64,000 bases of DNA from Planctomycetota bacterium (GTDB taxonomy: Bacteria > Planctomycetota > UBA1135 > JACQFD01). Positions 19,547 through 28,456 of the stretch are shown piece by piece (position 1 is the stretch's first letter; every line of letters starts with the position of its first letter). Position numbers and translations under genes: made by a program. Below the pieces are notes generated by a model, which worked only from the letters and a program-made list of their open reading frames with translations, was not told the origin of the DNA and made no database searches. The stretch spans positions 100,175 to 164,174 of the forward strand of contig JACQFD010000033.1 of the NCBI GenBank assembly GCA_016200225.1. The letters are read 5' to 3'.

Positions 19547-20467
19547 ATGGCGAATACGCAACCCTACACCTGGCTGGACGGCGAAATTATCGACAGTTCG
19601 CGCGCCACGTTTCCCGTCCTGACACATGCGCTTCACTACGGATTTGGAGTATTCGAGGGCATCCGCTGTTACAAGCAGGCCTCGGGCGGAGGCGCGATTT
19701 TTCGCCTCGACACGCATCTCCGGAGATTATACGAATCCGCGAAGATCCTTAAATTAACGATTCCGTATAATTACGATCAGGTTTTCGACGCCTGCAAACA
19801 ACTATTGACGGCCAACAAGCTCGCGGAGGCCTACATCCGGCCGATCGCGTGGCTCGGCGAAGGCGAAATGGGCGTCGGCGCATTCGATAATAAAGTGCAT
19901 CTTAGCATTTCGGTCTGGGTCTGGGGCGCCTATCTCGGCGAGAAAGGATTGCGCGACGGCATTCGCGCAAAAATTTCATCTTTCACGCGCGCGCACCCCA
20001 ACAACGCGATGGTGCGGGGCAAAGTCACCGGACAATATGTCAATTCGGTTCTCGCGAAACGCGAAGCCAAGGATCTCGGTTTCGAAGAAGCCATCCTTTT
20101 GGATCATCAGGGATTTGTAGCCGAGGGCTCGGGCGAGAATATATTTATTGTTCGCAACGGCCGCGTGATCACGCCTTCGCTCGCGGCGCCCATTCTCCGC
20201 GGCGTCACGCGCGACAGCGTCATCGACATCGCCCGCGATCTTAAGATAGAGGTTCATGAAAATTCGTTTCACAGAGATACTCTTTATGTTGCCGAGGAGG
20301 CGTTTTTCACCGGGACGGCCGCCGAAATTACTCCTATTCGCGAAGTCGATCATCGCGACATCGGCAGCCCGCCCAACTGGCCCGTCACACAGCGACTGCA
20401 GGCCGCGTTCCGAGACGCGGTCACGGGTAAGAATAAGAATTACGCGGGCTGGCTGACTCCCGTTTAA
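19547..20467 (+). CDS. ilvE: branched-chain amino acid aminotransferase (class IV)
   Basis: 'WLDGEIID', 'HALHYGFGVFEGIRCY', 'YIRPIAWLGEGEMGV' and 'ARDLKIEVHE...EAFFTGTAAEITPI' are typical IlvE motifs. Confidence 0.9.
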   Translation: MANTQPYTWLDGEIIDSSRATFPVLTHALHYGFGVFEGIRCYKQASGGGAIFRLDTHLRRLYESAKILKLTIPYNYDQVFDACKQLLTANKLAEAYIRPIAWLGEGEMGVGAFDNKVHLSISVWVWGAYLGEKGLRDGIRAKISSFTRAHPNNAMVRGKVTGQYVNSVLAKREAKDLGFEEAILLDHQGFVAEGSGENIFIVRNGRVITPSLAAPILRGVTRDSVIDIARDLKIEVHENSFHRDTLYVAEEAFFTGTAAEITPIREVDHRDIGSPPNWPVTQRLQAAFRDAVTGKNKNYAGWLTPV

Positions 20468-20485
20468 TTTTTAGATTCCAAGAAA

Positions 20486-21691
20486 TTAATAATTTCCGGC
20501 TTTGATCGCCGCGTCGACGGCGGCGCCGCCGGAACATTTGTAATTTTGTTCCGTAAGCGCGGAGGCGAGCGCGCCCAGGACGGCGACGACGTTCGCGGGC
20601 CGCGACGCGTGTCCCATGAGGCCGATGCGAATAATGCGGCCCTTCAGTTTTCCAAGCCCGGCGCCGATTTCGATTTTATTATGATTACGGAGCCGCGCGC
20701 GAATCTTAGCTTCGTCCACGCCGTCGGGAACGGCGATGGCGTTCAACATGGGCGTCCGCAGCCCTTCGCGCACGAACATCTTCAATCCGAGCGCCTCGAC
20801 GCCCGCAACGAGCGCGCGATGATTGCGCGAATGGCGCTCGAAAACCGCGGGCGCGGTTTCTGTATGATGTAGAATGCGCAGCGCCTCGAGCAGCGCGTAA
20901 TGTAAACTATTGCTCGGAGTATGATGATAAGACTGCGGCGAAGAAATATAATATTTTTCGAGCAGCGAAATATCATGATACCACGACGTCACGGGCTGCT
21001 TGCGCGCGCGCACGCGTTCGACGGCTTTCTTCGAAAACGTCACCGGCGAGAGCCCGGGGGGCGCGCCAAGGCATTTCTGCGATCCGGCGTACGCGGCGTC
21101 GATATGTTGCAAATCCGCCTCGATCGGAACGCCGCCGATCGATGTCACGCAATCTGTAATAAAGAGCGAATTGTGATTTTTAGCGATCTGCGAAAACGGC
21201 GCGAGCGGCTGAAGGCATCCCGTCGACGTTTCGGCGTGCACGACGGCGATCGCGTGCGGATGCGATTCGCGCGCTTTCGCGTCGAGAACCGCGGGGTCGA
21301 CCGCCTCGCCCCATGGCGCGTCGACACGATAAACTACAATTCCATGCCGGGCGGCGACATCGCAAATTCGATCGCCAAAGAACCCGTTCACGCCGACGAG
21401 CAACCGCTCGCCGGGCTCCAGAAGATTACTTAAAACGCACTCCATGCCCGCCATTCCGGTGCCCGAGAGCGCAAATGTCAGTTCATTCGCGGTTCCATAA
21501 CTATTCCGCAAGAGTTGGCATTCTTCATCGAGAACTTTACGAAAATCGGCGTCGAGATATCCGAGCAGCGGGCGCGCCATCGCTTGAAGCACTCTCGGAG
21601 ACACCGTGGAAGGGCCGGGGCCGAGCAGTACGACCGGGTCGGAATCGTTTGCAACGAGAGGATCTTGTTTTTCGTTCATTTTAATTATCAA
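20486..21691 (-). CDS. class V PLP-dependent aminotransferase (alanine-glyoxylate / serine-pyruvate / phosphoserine aminotransferase family)
   Basis: 'LLGPGPSTVSPRVLQAM', 'VVHAETSTG' and 'DAAYAGSQKCLGAPPGLSPV' (PLP-Lys context). It is convergent with ilvE and downstream of pdxA. Confidence 0.82.
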   Translation of the reverse strand: MIIKMNEKQDPLVANDSDPVVLLGPGPSTVSPRVLQAMARPLLGYLDADFRKVLDEECQLLRNSYGTANELTFALSGTGMAGMECVLSNLLEPGERLLVGVNGFFGDRICDVAARHGIVVYRVDAPWGEAVDPAVLDAKARESHPHAIAVVHAETSTGCLQPLAPFSQIAKNHNSLFITDCVTSIGGVPIEADLQHIDAAYAGSQKCLGAPPGLSPVTFSKKAVERVRARKQPVTSWYHDISLLEKYYISSPQSYHHTPSNSLHYALLEALRILHHTETAPAVFERHSRNHRALVAGVEALGLKMFVREGLRTPMLNAIAVPDGVDEAKIRARLRNHNKIEIGAGLGKLKGRIIRIGLMGHASRPANVVAVLGALASALTEQNYKCSGGAAVDAAIKAGNY

Positions 21692-21729
21692 TAGCTGTAA
21701 TAATTAGTCTTCGACGCGGCCGGCGCATC

Positions 21730-22731
21730 TTAGATATTCGATTTTCGATTCCAGAGGGGAGCCCATTCCGCGGCGCGGCGGATCGCCTCGATCATATTTG
21801 TAGCATCGGCGCGATTTTGGCCCGCGCGGTCGAATCCCGCGCCGTGGATGACAGATACACGCAAGTGGGGTGCGCCGGCAATGACCGTCACCGCGGTATT
21901 GTGTGCAACAATTTTGGGCGCGATCAAACCCTGATCGTGATAAAGCGCGAGAACGCCGTCGAACTCGCCGCGAAACGCGCGCCCAAATAACGAATCGGCG
22001 GGGAGCGGATCACAAACGTTAAGACCCGCCGCTCGCGCGGCCGACGCCGCCGGATATAATAATTCCAAATCCTCGCGTCCGAAGAGGCCGCCTTCGCCCG
22101 CGTGCGGGTTCAGCCCCGCCAACGCGATGCGCGGCGCCTCGATTCCCAGTTTTATTAGCGATTCGTTCAGTAATTTTAAATGATCGAGCGTCGAGGCCGT
22201 CGTGATGCGCGAAAGCGCTTCGCGCAGCGACATGTGCCGTGTTAATAACAAAATCCGCAGCGCGCCGGCGACGACGAGCATTCCGTAAATTCCGCCGCCC
22301 CAGAATTCGCCTAACAATTCGGTCTGGCCTTCCGCATCGCATCCCGCCGCGCGAAGCGACGTCTTATTTGTGGGCGCCGTAACCAATGCTTCAATTTCAC
22401 CCGCGGCCGCCGCACGCGCGCCCGCGAGAAGCGACGCATGCGCCAGTTTTCCGGCGTCCCTTCCGACGCGGCCGGGAGCGAAATCTACAATTCCTTCAAG
22501 TGTCTCGATGACGTGGACGCGCTTCGCCGCCGCCGACGCTTCCGACGGTTTGCGAATCGTCGTCACCTGCAGCGGCAGCGAATATTTCTTAATATAATAT
22601 TCAAACACCTGCCGCGAACCGAACACGGCGAGCCGCGCGACCTCGGGGACGCGCGGGTCGAGGTGCGCCTTCAGAACGACCTCGGGACCGACGCCCGCCG
22701 CGTCGCCGATGGTCAAACCTAACAATTGCAT
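21730..22731 (-). CDS. pdxA: 4-hydroxythreonine-4-phosphate dehydrogenase
   Basis: 'LGLTIGDAAGVGPEV', 'LNPHAGEGGLFGRED' and 'YHDQGLIAPK...RVSVIHGAGFD' are PdxA signatures. Confidence 0.9.
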   Translation of the reverse strand: MQLLGLTIGDAAGVGPEVVLKAHLDPRVPEVARLAVFGSRQVFEYYIKKYSLPLQVTTIRKPSEASAAAKRVHVIETLEGIVDFAPGRVGRDAGKLAHASLLAGARAAAAGEIEALVTAPTNKTSLRAAGCDAEGQTELLGEFWGGGIYGMLVVAGALRILLLTRHMSLREALSRITTASTLDHLKLLNESLIKLGIEAPRIALAGLNPHAGEGGLFGREDLELLYPAASAARAAGLNVCDPLPADSLFGRAFRGEFDGVLALYHDQGLIAPKIVAHNTAVTVIAGAPHLRVSVIHGAGFDRAGQNRADATNMIEAIRRAAEWAPLWNRKSNI

Positions 22732-22868
22732 GGCGGTTATTTTACACGCCGCGCGCCGCGCGATGATCTGAATTCAATCCATAATTCCGCGGCCACGGAC
22801 GATTCGTTAATAAAACAACGCGGGGCGCTTTCGCGCCCCCGTTTCTAACAATTCAATCCGCCACGGGA

Positions 22869-23411
22869 TTATTGCATTAATTTCTTAATATCGACGATGG
22901 CAATCGGGGCGCCATCCTGTGCGTAGAATACGAGATATGCCGAAGCGCTCGACAAGGCCGCACTCTTCAGATCGACGGTCGGAAACGCAACCACGGGACC
23001 GATCTGATTGAGCGAGCCGCCGAAAATCTGGACGCCGTTTACTACCCATCCATAACCGGAAACGAAATTCTTCGGCGGGCCGGCGACGACCGTCATCGGA
23101 CCTGTATAGTTCCACGAGCTCGAACCAAAATTAAAGAGACTCGGAGGAAGCGTCGGAATTGCGGGAGTCGACGCCGTCAATGTTGGCAGTGAACCAATGG
23201 TTCCACCGGTTCCGCCACCAGGAGCCATGGGGGGCGCGGGAGCTTTTGTCTTATCTTTTGTATCGTCGGAATCGCTCGTCCCGGTGCAGGATCCCGTGCC
23301 ACCGCCGGTGGCCGTAGAACCACCGTCGCTGGGAAGCACCTGCCCCGGCATGATCATTAAACTTGCCATCGCCGTGAGCATCAAAGCTCGTAATTTGGCA
23401 CAGATCATCAT
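22869..23411 (-). CDS. hypothetical secreted protein with Gly/Thr/Pro-rich linker
   Basis: Signal-like 'MMICAKLRALMLTAMASLMIMPG', then low-complexity 'GGSTATGGGTGSCTGTSDSDD', then a ~100-aa beta-rich C-terminus. It starts 19 nt downstream of the anti-sigma gene. Confidence 0.5.
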   Translation of the reverse strand: MMICAKLRALMLTAMASLMIMPGQVLPSDGGSTATGGGTGSCTGTSDSDDTKDKTKAPAPPMAPGGGTGGTIGSLPTLTASTPAIPTLPPSLFNFGSSSWNYTGPMTVVAGPPKNFVSGYGWVVNGVQIFGGSLNQIGPVVAFPTVDLKSAALSSASAYLVFYAQDGAPIAIVDIKKLMQ

Positions 23412-23429
23412 TTGTAAACTCCAGGCCCG

Positions 23430-24494
23430 TTAGTTAGTGTCCGCGAACAACGCCGGAATCCGACGCTCGACGTTTGCTCGAAACTCCGGGGAGTTACGAA
23501 AAGCTTCCCGCAAAGGTTCACTTTGCGCAAGCTTTGCTCGTATCTCACCCATGCGTTCCGGAAAACGTCGTGCGAGAGTCGTCAGTGCGTCCGCCGCCAA
23601 TGGAAGCTCGTTTCGCAACGAACGCACGACGGCAAGATTGAAATACGTAAAATAGAAACGAGAGTCATGTTCCGGCAGTCTTCGCGCGAGCATTCGCTCG
23701 ATAACCACCAGGGCACGCTCAAAATTCCCTCGCGCCTCATGAACCGTGACAAGCTGCGTTCCAGCGTGGCCACGATTTTCGACGCTTCGGGCAGATTCGA
23801 ATACTTGGCTGAATTCGCGCTCTGCGGAATCTAGGTTGCCGCAAAGCTTGTAATAGAAGCCCAAATATAGACGTGCTTCGGCGAACTTAGGTTTCAACCT
23901 GAGTGCTTCTTCGAGCAAAACTCGCGCGCGCTCGCGAAGGTCGTCATCCGAATCGAGCGCTTCGCGCAAAAGTCGGCCCGCTTGGACCCAGTCATAGCCG
24001 GCAAATCGACCTTCGCCCTTGGCAAGAACCCTATTCAAGATCTGCTGGCCGCGCAACGCCTCGACATCCAATGCAACCGGCTGGCGAAATACTTCAATTC
24101 GATAGCTTCGGTCGGCGGTAATTAACAAATACGATTTTGCGATTCGATACAGAACCGCGGCAAAGCGTCGGAAGACCCTGCGGCCGACGATGCGTTGAAT
24201 TCGAAGGCGCGCGGCACGTTCGCGATTGGTTTCATCCGCGTATTCGCGCGACTTCTGTGAATTTCCTTTAACTTTATCCGCGATCGCGGCCGCGTCGCGA
24301 TGGGTGGCGGCCATTTGCCGCATCGAAACAAAAAACTCTCTGCACCGATTGCAAACTTCGAGATGAACCACAAGCCGTCGGGCAACGGTTTCATCGACTT
24401 CACGGTCGACGAGCGCCGAGAGATCGGCGGCAAACGGCGCGCACGGCTCGCTTGCATCGTTCGGATTGTTTTGGTTGCGCTTGTTTGGAGACAA
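23430..24494 (-). CDS. zinc-finger (zf-HC2 type) anti-sigma factor with TPR-like C-terminal domain
   Basis: The N-terminal 'HLEVCNRCREFF' is an H-x3-C-x2-C anti-sigma motif. It sits directly downstream of the ECF sigma gene. The C-terminal half has TPR-like repeats. Confidence 0.6.
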   Translation of the reverse strand: MSPNKRNQNNPNDASEPCAPFAADLSALVDREVDETVARRLVVHLEVCNRCREFFVSMRQMAATHRDAAAIADKVKGNSQKSREYADETNRERAARLRIQRIVGRRVFRRFAAVLYRIAKSYLLITADRSYRIEVFRQPVALDVEALRGQQILNRVLAKGEGRFAGYDWVQAGRLLREALDSDDDLRERARVLLEEALRLKPKFAEARLYLGFYYKLCGNLDSAEREFSQVFESARSVENRGHAGTQLVTVHEARGNFERALVVIERMLARRLPEHDSRFYFTYFNLAVVRSLRNELPLAADALTTLARRFPERMGEIRAKLAQSEPLREAFRNSPEFRANVERRIPALFADTN

Positions 24495-24546
24495 CGGAGT
24501 TCTCGGCAGGCCCGGTGGTTGTAAACTTTCTAAATATTACGAAAAA

Positions 24547-25320
24547 TTAATAAAGCTCCGAACTCGCGGAGATGCCTGCCGCCGCAAAGCGACGCCTCAT
24601 TTGTCGATACATTTTTCGACGCGCGCGGAAAATGACCATTTTCAGATTCTCGATTTTCATTTCCAGCGCGCCGGAAGCCTCTCGATAACAAAGGCCTTCG
24701 ACTTCAACGAGTTCGAGCGCCTGCTTTTCGCGCTCCGACAACCGGTCAAATGCTTCTATATACAAAGTGAGCGTTAACAAATACGCTCGCGACGCGTCGC
24801 CCTCGCCTTCTGTATCAATGGTCTCGTGTAGTGGATTCTCGGACCGATCGTCGGCGTGCTCCGCGAATTCCTCTCCAACATATTCGAATCGAACCGGCCG
24901 CCCCGACTGCCGAAGATGCTTCAATACGGTGTTGCGAATAATAGTATTCGCCCAGTGGCGGAACGCTTCGGGTTTCTCTCCGTCGAACCGGTGCGGATAC
25001 CTGTAAATATTAAAAAAGACTTCCTGCAATACGTCGCATGCTTCCAAGACGCCGCGATATGCCCGAATTCTACTTTGAATCGCACACAGGAAGCCGTGTT
25101 GGTTCAACTCGTATAAGAGCGAAAACGTCTCCGGGTTGCCGGTCGACTTGAAGGCATCCATCAGCCGCGTATTAATGAAATCGCGGGCTTCGTCGTAGGG
25201 CTTTCCTGCGAGGGCGGTTGAAGCATCGCCGAGTCCAGGAAATTGCGTCTCCTCAGCTAGTGTGCGGAGGCGAGATGCGATGGTGTCTTGTGCTGGGAAG
25301 GTGTGTGCGTACGCGTCCAT
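24547..25320 (-). CDS. ECF-type RNA polymerase sigma factor
   Basis: Region 2 'DVLQEVFFNIYRYPHRFD...FRHWANTIIRNTVLKHLR' and region 4 'LSEREKQALELVEVEGLCYREASGALEMKIENLKMVIFRARRKM'. Start ambiguous: ATG 25320 or 25380. Confidence 0.8.
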   Translation of the reverse strand: MDAYAHTFPAQDTIASRLRTLAEETQFPGLGDASTALAGKPYDEARDFINTRLMDAFKSTGNPETFSLLYELNQHGFLCAIQSRIRAYRGVLEACDVLQEVFFNIYRYPHRFDGEKPEAFRHWANTIIRNTVLKHLRQSGRPVRFEYVGEEFAEHADDRSENPLHETIDTEGEGDASRAYLLTLTLYIEAFDRLSEREKQALELVEVEGLCYREASGALEMKIENLKMVIFRARRKMYRQMRRRFAAAGISASSELY

Positions 25321-25582
25321 GGGGGGGCTCCAAGGCGACTGCGCCAGAGCGGCCTTCGGGGGTCGGTCGCCGAGACACACGACATTTAATTGCTGTTGTC
25401 AGAGGGAAGTATATCCCGCTGACATCAATAATAAATCAATCGTCGGATGTCACCACTCCGCGGATGGCGCCGCATGAGTTAGAGGCCATTAGAAAATGCC
25501 TGTAACCGGGTAACCGAATTTTTCTGAAAAACTTTTTTGTGGTGACTTCCATGGTTTCGGAACTCGTTCCGGAGGAATTAAT

Positions 25583-26635
25583 TTGTTAGTATTTCGAGAA
25601 GCCGTGGCCACCCAAATTCGCGAGACTATCGAAAGACTTGCACGCATGGAAGGCTTTGATTTAATTGGAGTTGCGCCAATTGATACATCGACCGATGCCG
25701 AGCGGTTCGGGGCATGGCTCGACGCAGGCATGCATGGCGAAATGCAATATTTGGAACGCTATCGGGATCGCATCCGATACCCCTCGCGCGTGCTGCAAGG
25801 CGCACGATCCATTCTTTCCCTCGGTGTCAACTTCGCAAGGAAACCCGGCGGATTCGCCGGAGGCGGACGTGTCGCTCGCTACGCTCTCGGTCGCGACTAC
25901 CACCACGTCATCGAGAACATGGCAAGGCGATTCATTACAAAACTGCGCGGGGAAGGAATCGGCGGCTCCTACAGAACCATCGTCGATGCCGGGCCGGCGT
26001 TGGAAAGATCACTCGGCGCCTACGCCGGCCACGGCTTTGCATCAAAAAGCGCGAATTTGTTAAATTATAAATACGGGCCTTGGTTTTTTCTGGCCGAGAT
26101 CTTTATTGATGTAGAACTTCCCGCGCCGCCCGTCAAAGCGCCCGGCTCCTGCGGAACATGCAACCTATGCATCGAACGATGCCCGACGGGCGCGATCGTC
26201 TCTCCCGGACGCGTCGACGCGAGAATTTGCATATCCTATCTGACGATCGAATATAAAGGAAAGATTCCGGCGGCGCTGCGGCCGCAAATGCAAGATTGGG
26301 TTTTCGGTTGCGATGTGTGTTCGGAAGTCTGCCCATTTGGAGACGGGGCGCCCGACGCCGCGGCGCGTTTTGGGACACACGACGCGTTTTCATTAACACT
26401 CGAGGATTTACTAAAAATCGACGAGGCGCGATTTATACAGTTATTCGCGGGTTCGCCGCTTCGCCGCGCGAAACGCGAGGGCTTGGCGAGAAATGCGGCC
26501 ATCGTCCTCGGAAACCTGAAAAGAACGGATGCGGCATCACTACTAAAAACCACGGCGGCCGAAGATCCGTCGGAAGTCGTACGCGATGCCGCGGAGTGGG
26601 CTTTACAACAATTCGAGACACGCTCTTCGGGATGA
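25583..26635 (+). CDS. queG: tRNA epoxyqueuosine(34) reductase
   Basis: 'GFDLIGVAP', 'GEMQYLERY' and the ferredoxin-type 'CGTCNLCIERCPTGAI'/'GCDVCSEVCPF', with a HEAT-like C-terminus. Probable TTG start. Confidence 0.88.
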   Translation: MLVFREAVATQIRETIERLARMEGFDLIGVAPIDTSTDAERFGAWLDAGMHGEMQYLERYRDRIRYPSRVLQGARSILSLGVNFARKPGGFAGGGRVARYALGRDYHHVIENMARRFITKLRGEGIGGSYRTIVDAGPALERSLGAYAGHGFASKSANLLNYKYGPWFFLAEIFIDVELPAPPVKAPGSCGTCNLCIERCPTGAIVSPGRVDARICISYLTIEYKGKIPAALRPQMQDWVFGCDVCSEVCPFGDGAPDAAARFGTHDAFSLTLEDLLKIDEARFIQLFAGSPLRRAKREGLARNAAIVLGNLKRTDAASLLKTTAAEDPSEVVRDAAEWALQQFETRSSG

Positions 26636-26800
26636 GGCGATCATAAACTACAATTACATGTCGCGAATTGACGACCTGTGTATGCAGTCGTCAACACCCT
26701 CCTAAGTTGCCGAGCCATCGTAACTTGCTTGCAAATTAACGACTTCGAAGGAACTCGGATTGGCTTTTTTGCAGTGTGCTGTCTATAATTAACGACAATC

Positions 26801-26848
26801 CGCGTCCGACCCGTCCCGCGTCGGAAACGCGAATCGGTTTGTTCTTTA
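26801..26848 (+). terminator. hairpin followed by a T-rich tract (candidate terminator/attenuator in an AT-rich intergenic region)
   Basis: 'cgcgtccgac' (26801-10) pairs with 'gtcggaaacgcg' (26820-31): 10 bp with a 2-nt bulge. It is followed by 'aatcggtttgttcttt'. A TTGGCT-N18-TATAAT promoter-like element lies at 26760-26789. Confidence 0.3.
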
Positions 26849-26969
26849 ATACTTGCAAGATCATTGCTTAAGGCAGCACTAGGTCCCGGAAGCTGCCTTG
26901 GTCCCTCGATTGCTTGAGGGATCGCGCCAGCCTTCATACACCCTGACCCGCACCTACTGCTCTTCACCA

Positions 26970-27203
26970 ATGTCCGAATATCTCGATTTCTACGCCGAGA
27001 AGAAGTTCTGCGCCAACTGCCATCAGTACGTCCCCTACCTCGCTTCGATGAGCCGGTCGTACTGCGCGATTTGTGGACAGCAAGTCAACTTGTTTTCAAA
27101 AGAGGACTGGCAGAAATTCCGGCGCGGCTCCGTGAAAACGCAAAAGAAAACTACATTTATCGTTTCGAAGAAGAGTATTCGCTCGTTGGAGGAGGATCAT
27201 TAA
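26970..27203 (+). CDS. small zinc-ribbon protein (77 aa), hypothetical
   Basis: 'CANCHQYV...(11 aa)...CAICGQQV' gives two CxxC pairs, followed by a Lys-rich tail. ATG at 26970 lies inside track ORF 26898..27203. It appears locally lower in GC than its neighbours. Confidence 0.4.
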   Translation: MSEYLDFYAEKKFCANCHQYVPYLASMSRSYCAICGQQVNLFSKEDWQKFRRGSVKTQKKTTFIVSKKSIRSLEEDH

Positions 27204-27227
27204 TATTATCCTCGAAACGTTGTAAAC

Positions 27228-28418
27228 CTAACGCGCCGGCGAGGACGCCGGTTGCGATTCGACCGGCGGCAACGCCGCGATCGGATTCGCGGGATCGCGA
27301 TTTGTTATTTGTTTGAAACGCATGGCGGCCTCGTCGGAGCCTTTCTTGTCGCCGCGCTCTTTGAGGACGAACCATAATGATTCCCAAAGCGAGGGATCGT
27401 TGGGACGTCCTTTCAGGCCGCTCTTTAATAATTCCTCGGAAGTCCGCAGGTCTCCATTCGTATACATCGACCATGCCTGCGAAATAATAACTTTCGGATC
27501 GTCGCGCGCGATTTGCCGCGCTTTATCCCATGCGCCCTTTGCGTGGACGACGTCGCCGATGGCATCGTACTGCGCGCCCAATTGCATAATAACCGTGACG
27601 TCCGACGGATCGACCTGCAGCCGCTTTTTTAGTTTATTAATAACCTCGCGGCGGTCGCGCAATTGATCGCTCCTCTCCTTGGCGGCCTTCGCTTTTGTAT
27701 TCTCGGAGAGCGCTGCGTAAACCCGCGAAAGCTCAAATTGAACCTCCCAATCGAATGGATCGATTCGCTGCGCCTGCTCAAGATATGGAATCGCGGCGCC
27801 CGGTTGCTTCTTTTTCGTTAGAACGCGCGCGAGCCACAGATGGGCCGACGCGGATTTTGTATTGGTGTTCACGGCAACGGCCTTTCGGAGCGAATCCTCG
27901 GCTTCGTCGTACTTTCCAAGTTTCTCGAGACAAAGCCCCTTTCCGCGCAGCGCTTCGTAACCGGCCGGACTCCTTTCGAGAACCTTATTATAACATTCGA
28001 GCGCTTCGTCGATCTTGCCGAGCTCATAATTACAATGGCCGAGGATCTGTAAACTTCCAAGGATCGATTTATCCAATTCGAGCGATTTCTTCAAACTCGC
28101 CGCGGCGTCGCCCCAGTGCTGGAGTTTGTATAATACAATTCCAAGCCGCATGTGGATTTCCGCGCGGTTCGGCTCGAGTTCGAGCGCGGCGCGCAGCTCG
28201 CGTTCGGCGCGTGGATAATCATTCATGTTGTACGCTTTCGCGGCAACTTGCATGCGCGCGTCGGCGGGCGTGGGAGCGCGTCGCGACGCCGGCTGGGTCG
28301 CCGGGCCCGACTGCGAGGCCGGCTGCGACGAGGGGTCGACCGGAAAATCGTCGCCTTGAGAAAACACCGGCGGCGCGATGCAGGCTAACATTACAATTAT
28401 GAGTCTTAATTTTATCAT
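27228..28418 (-). CDS. secreted TPR repeat protein
   Basis: Signal peptide 'MIKLRLIIVMLACIAPPVFSQ', followed by at least 7 TPR-like 34-aa repeats (for example 'AIPYLEQAQRIDPFDWEVQFELSRVYAALSE'). Confidence 0.8.
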   Translation of the reverse strand: MIKLRLIIVMLACIAPPVFSQGDDFPVDPSSQPASQSGPATQPASRRAPTPADARMQVAAKAYNMNDYPRAERELRAALELEPNRAEIHMRLGIVLYKLQHWGDAAASLKKSLELDKSILGSLQILGHCNYELGKIDEALECYNKVLERSPAGYEALRGKGLCLEKLGKYDEAEDSLRKAVAVNTNTKSASAHLWLARVLTKKKQPGAAIPYLEQAQRIDPFDWEVQFELSRVYAALSENTKAKAAKERSDQLRDRREVINKLKKRLQVDPSDVTVIMQLGAQYDAIGDVVHAKGAWDKARQIARDDPKVIISQAWSMYTNGDLRTSEELLKSGLKGRPNDPSLWESLWFVLKERGDKKGSDEAAMRFKQITNRDPANPIAALPPVESQPASSPAR

Positions 28419-28456
28419 TTAGTTATGTGATTTAAATATTATTTCTTCGGTTCACG

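Noticed and set aside
26872-26896. The motif 'aggtcccggaag' inside the hairpin GGCAGC...GCTGCC superficially resembles the SRP (4.5S) RNA helix 8 'GGUCCGGAAGGAAGC'.
   Set aside because: The sequence after GGAA cannot form the conserved symmetric and asymmetric loops of domain IV. No flanking long helix 5 is evident. I treat it only as a generic hairpin.
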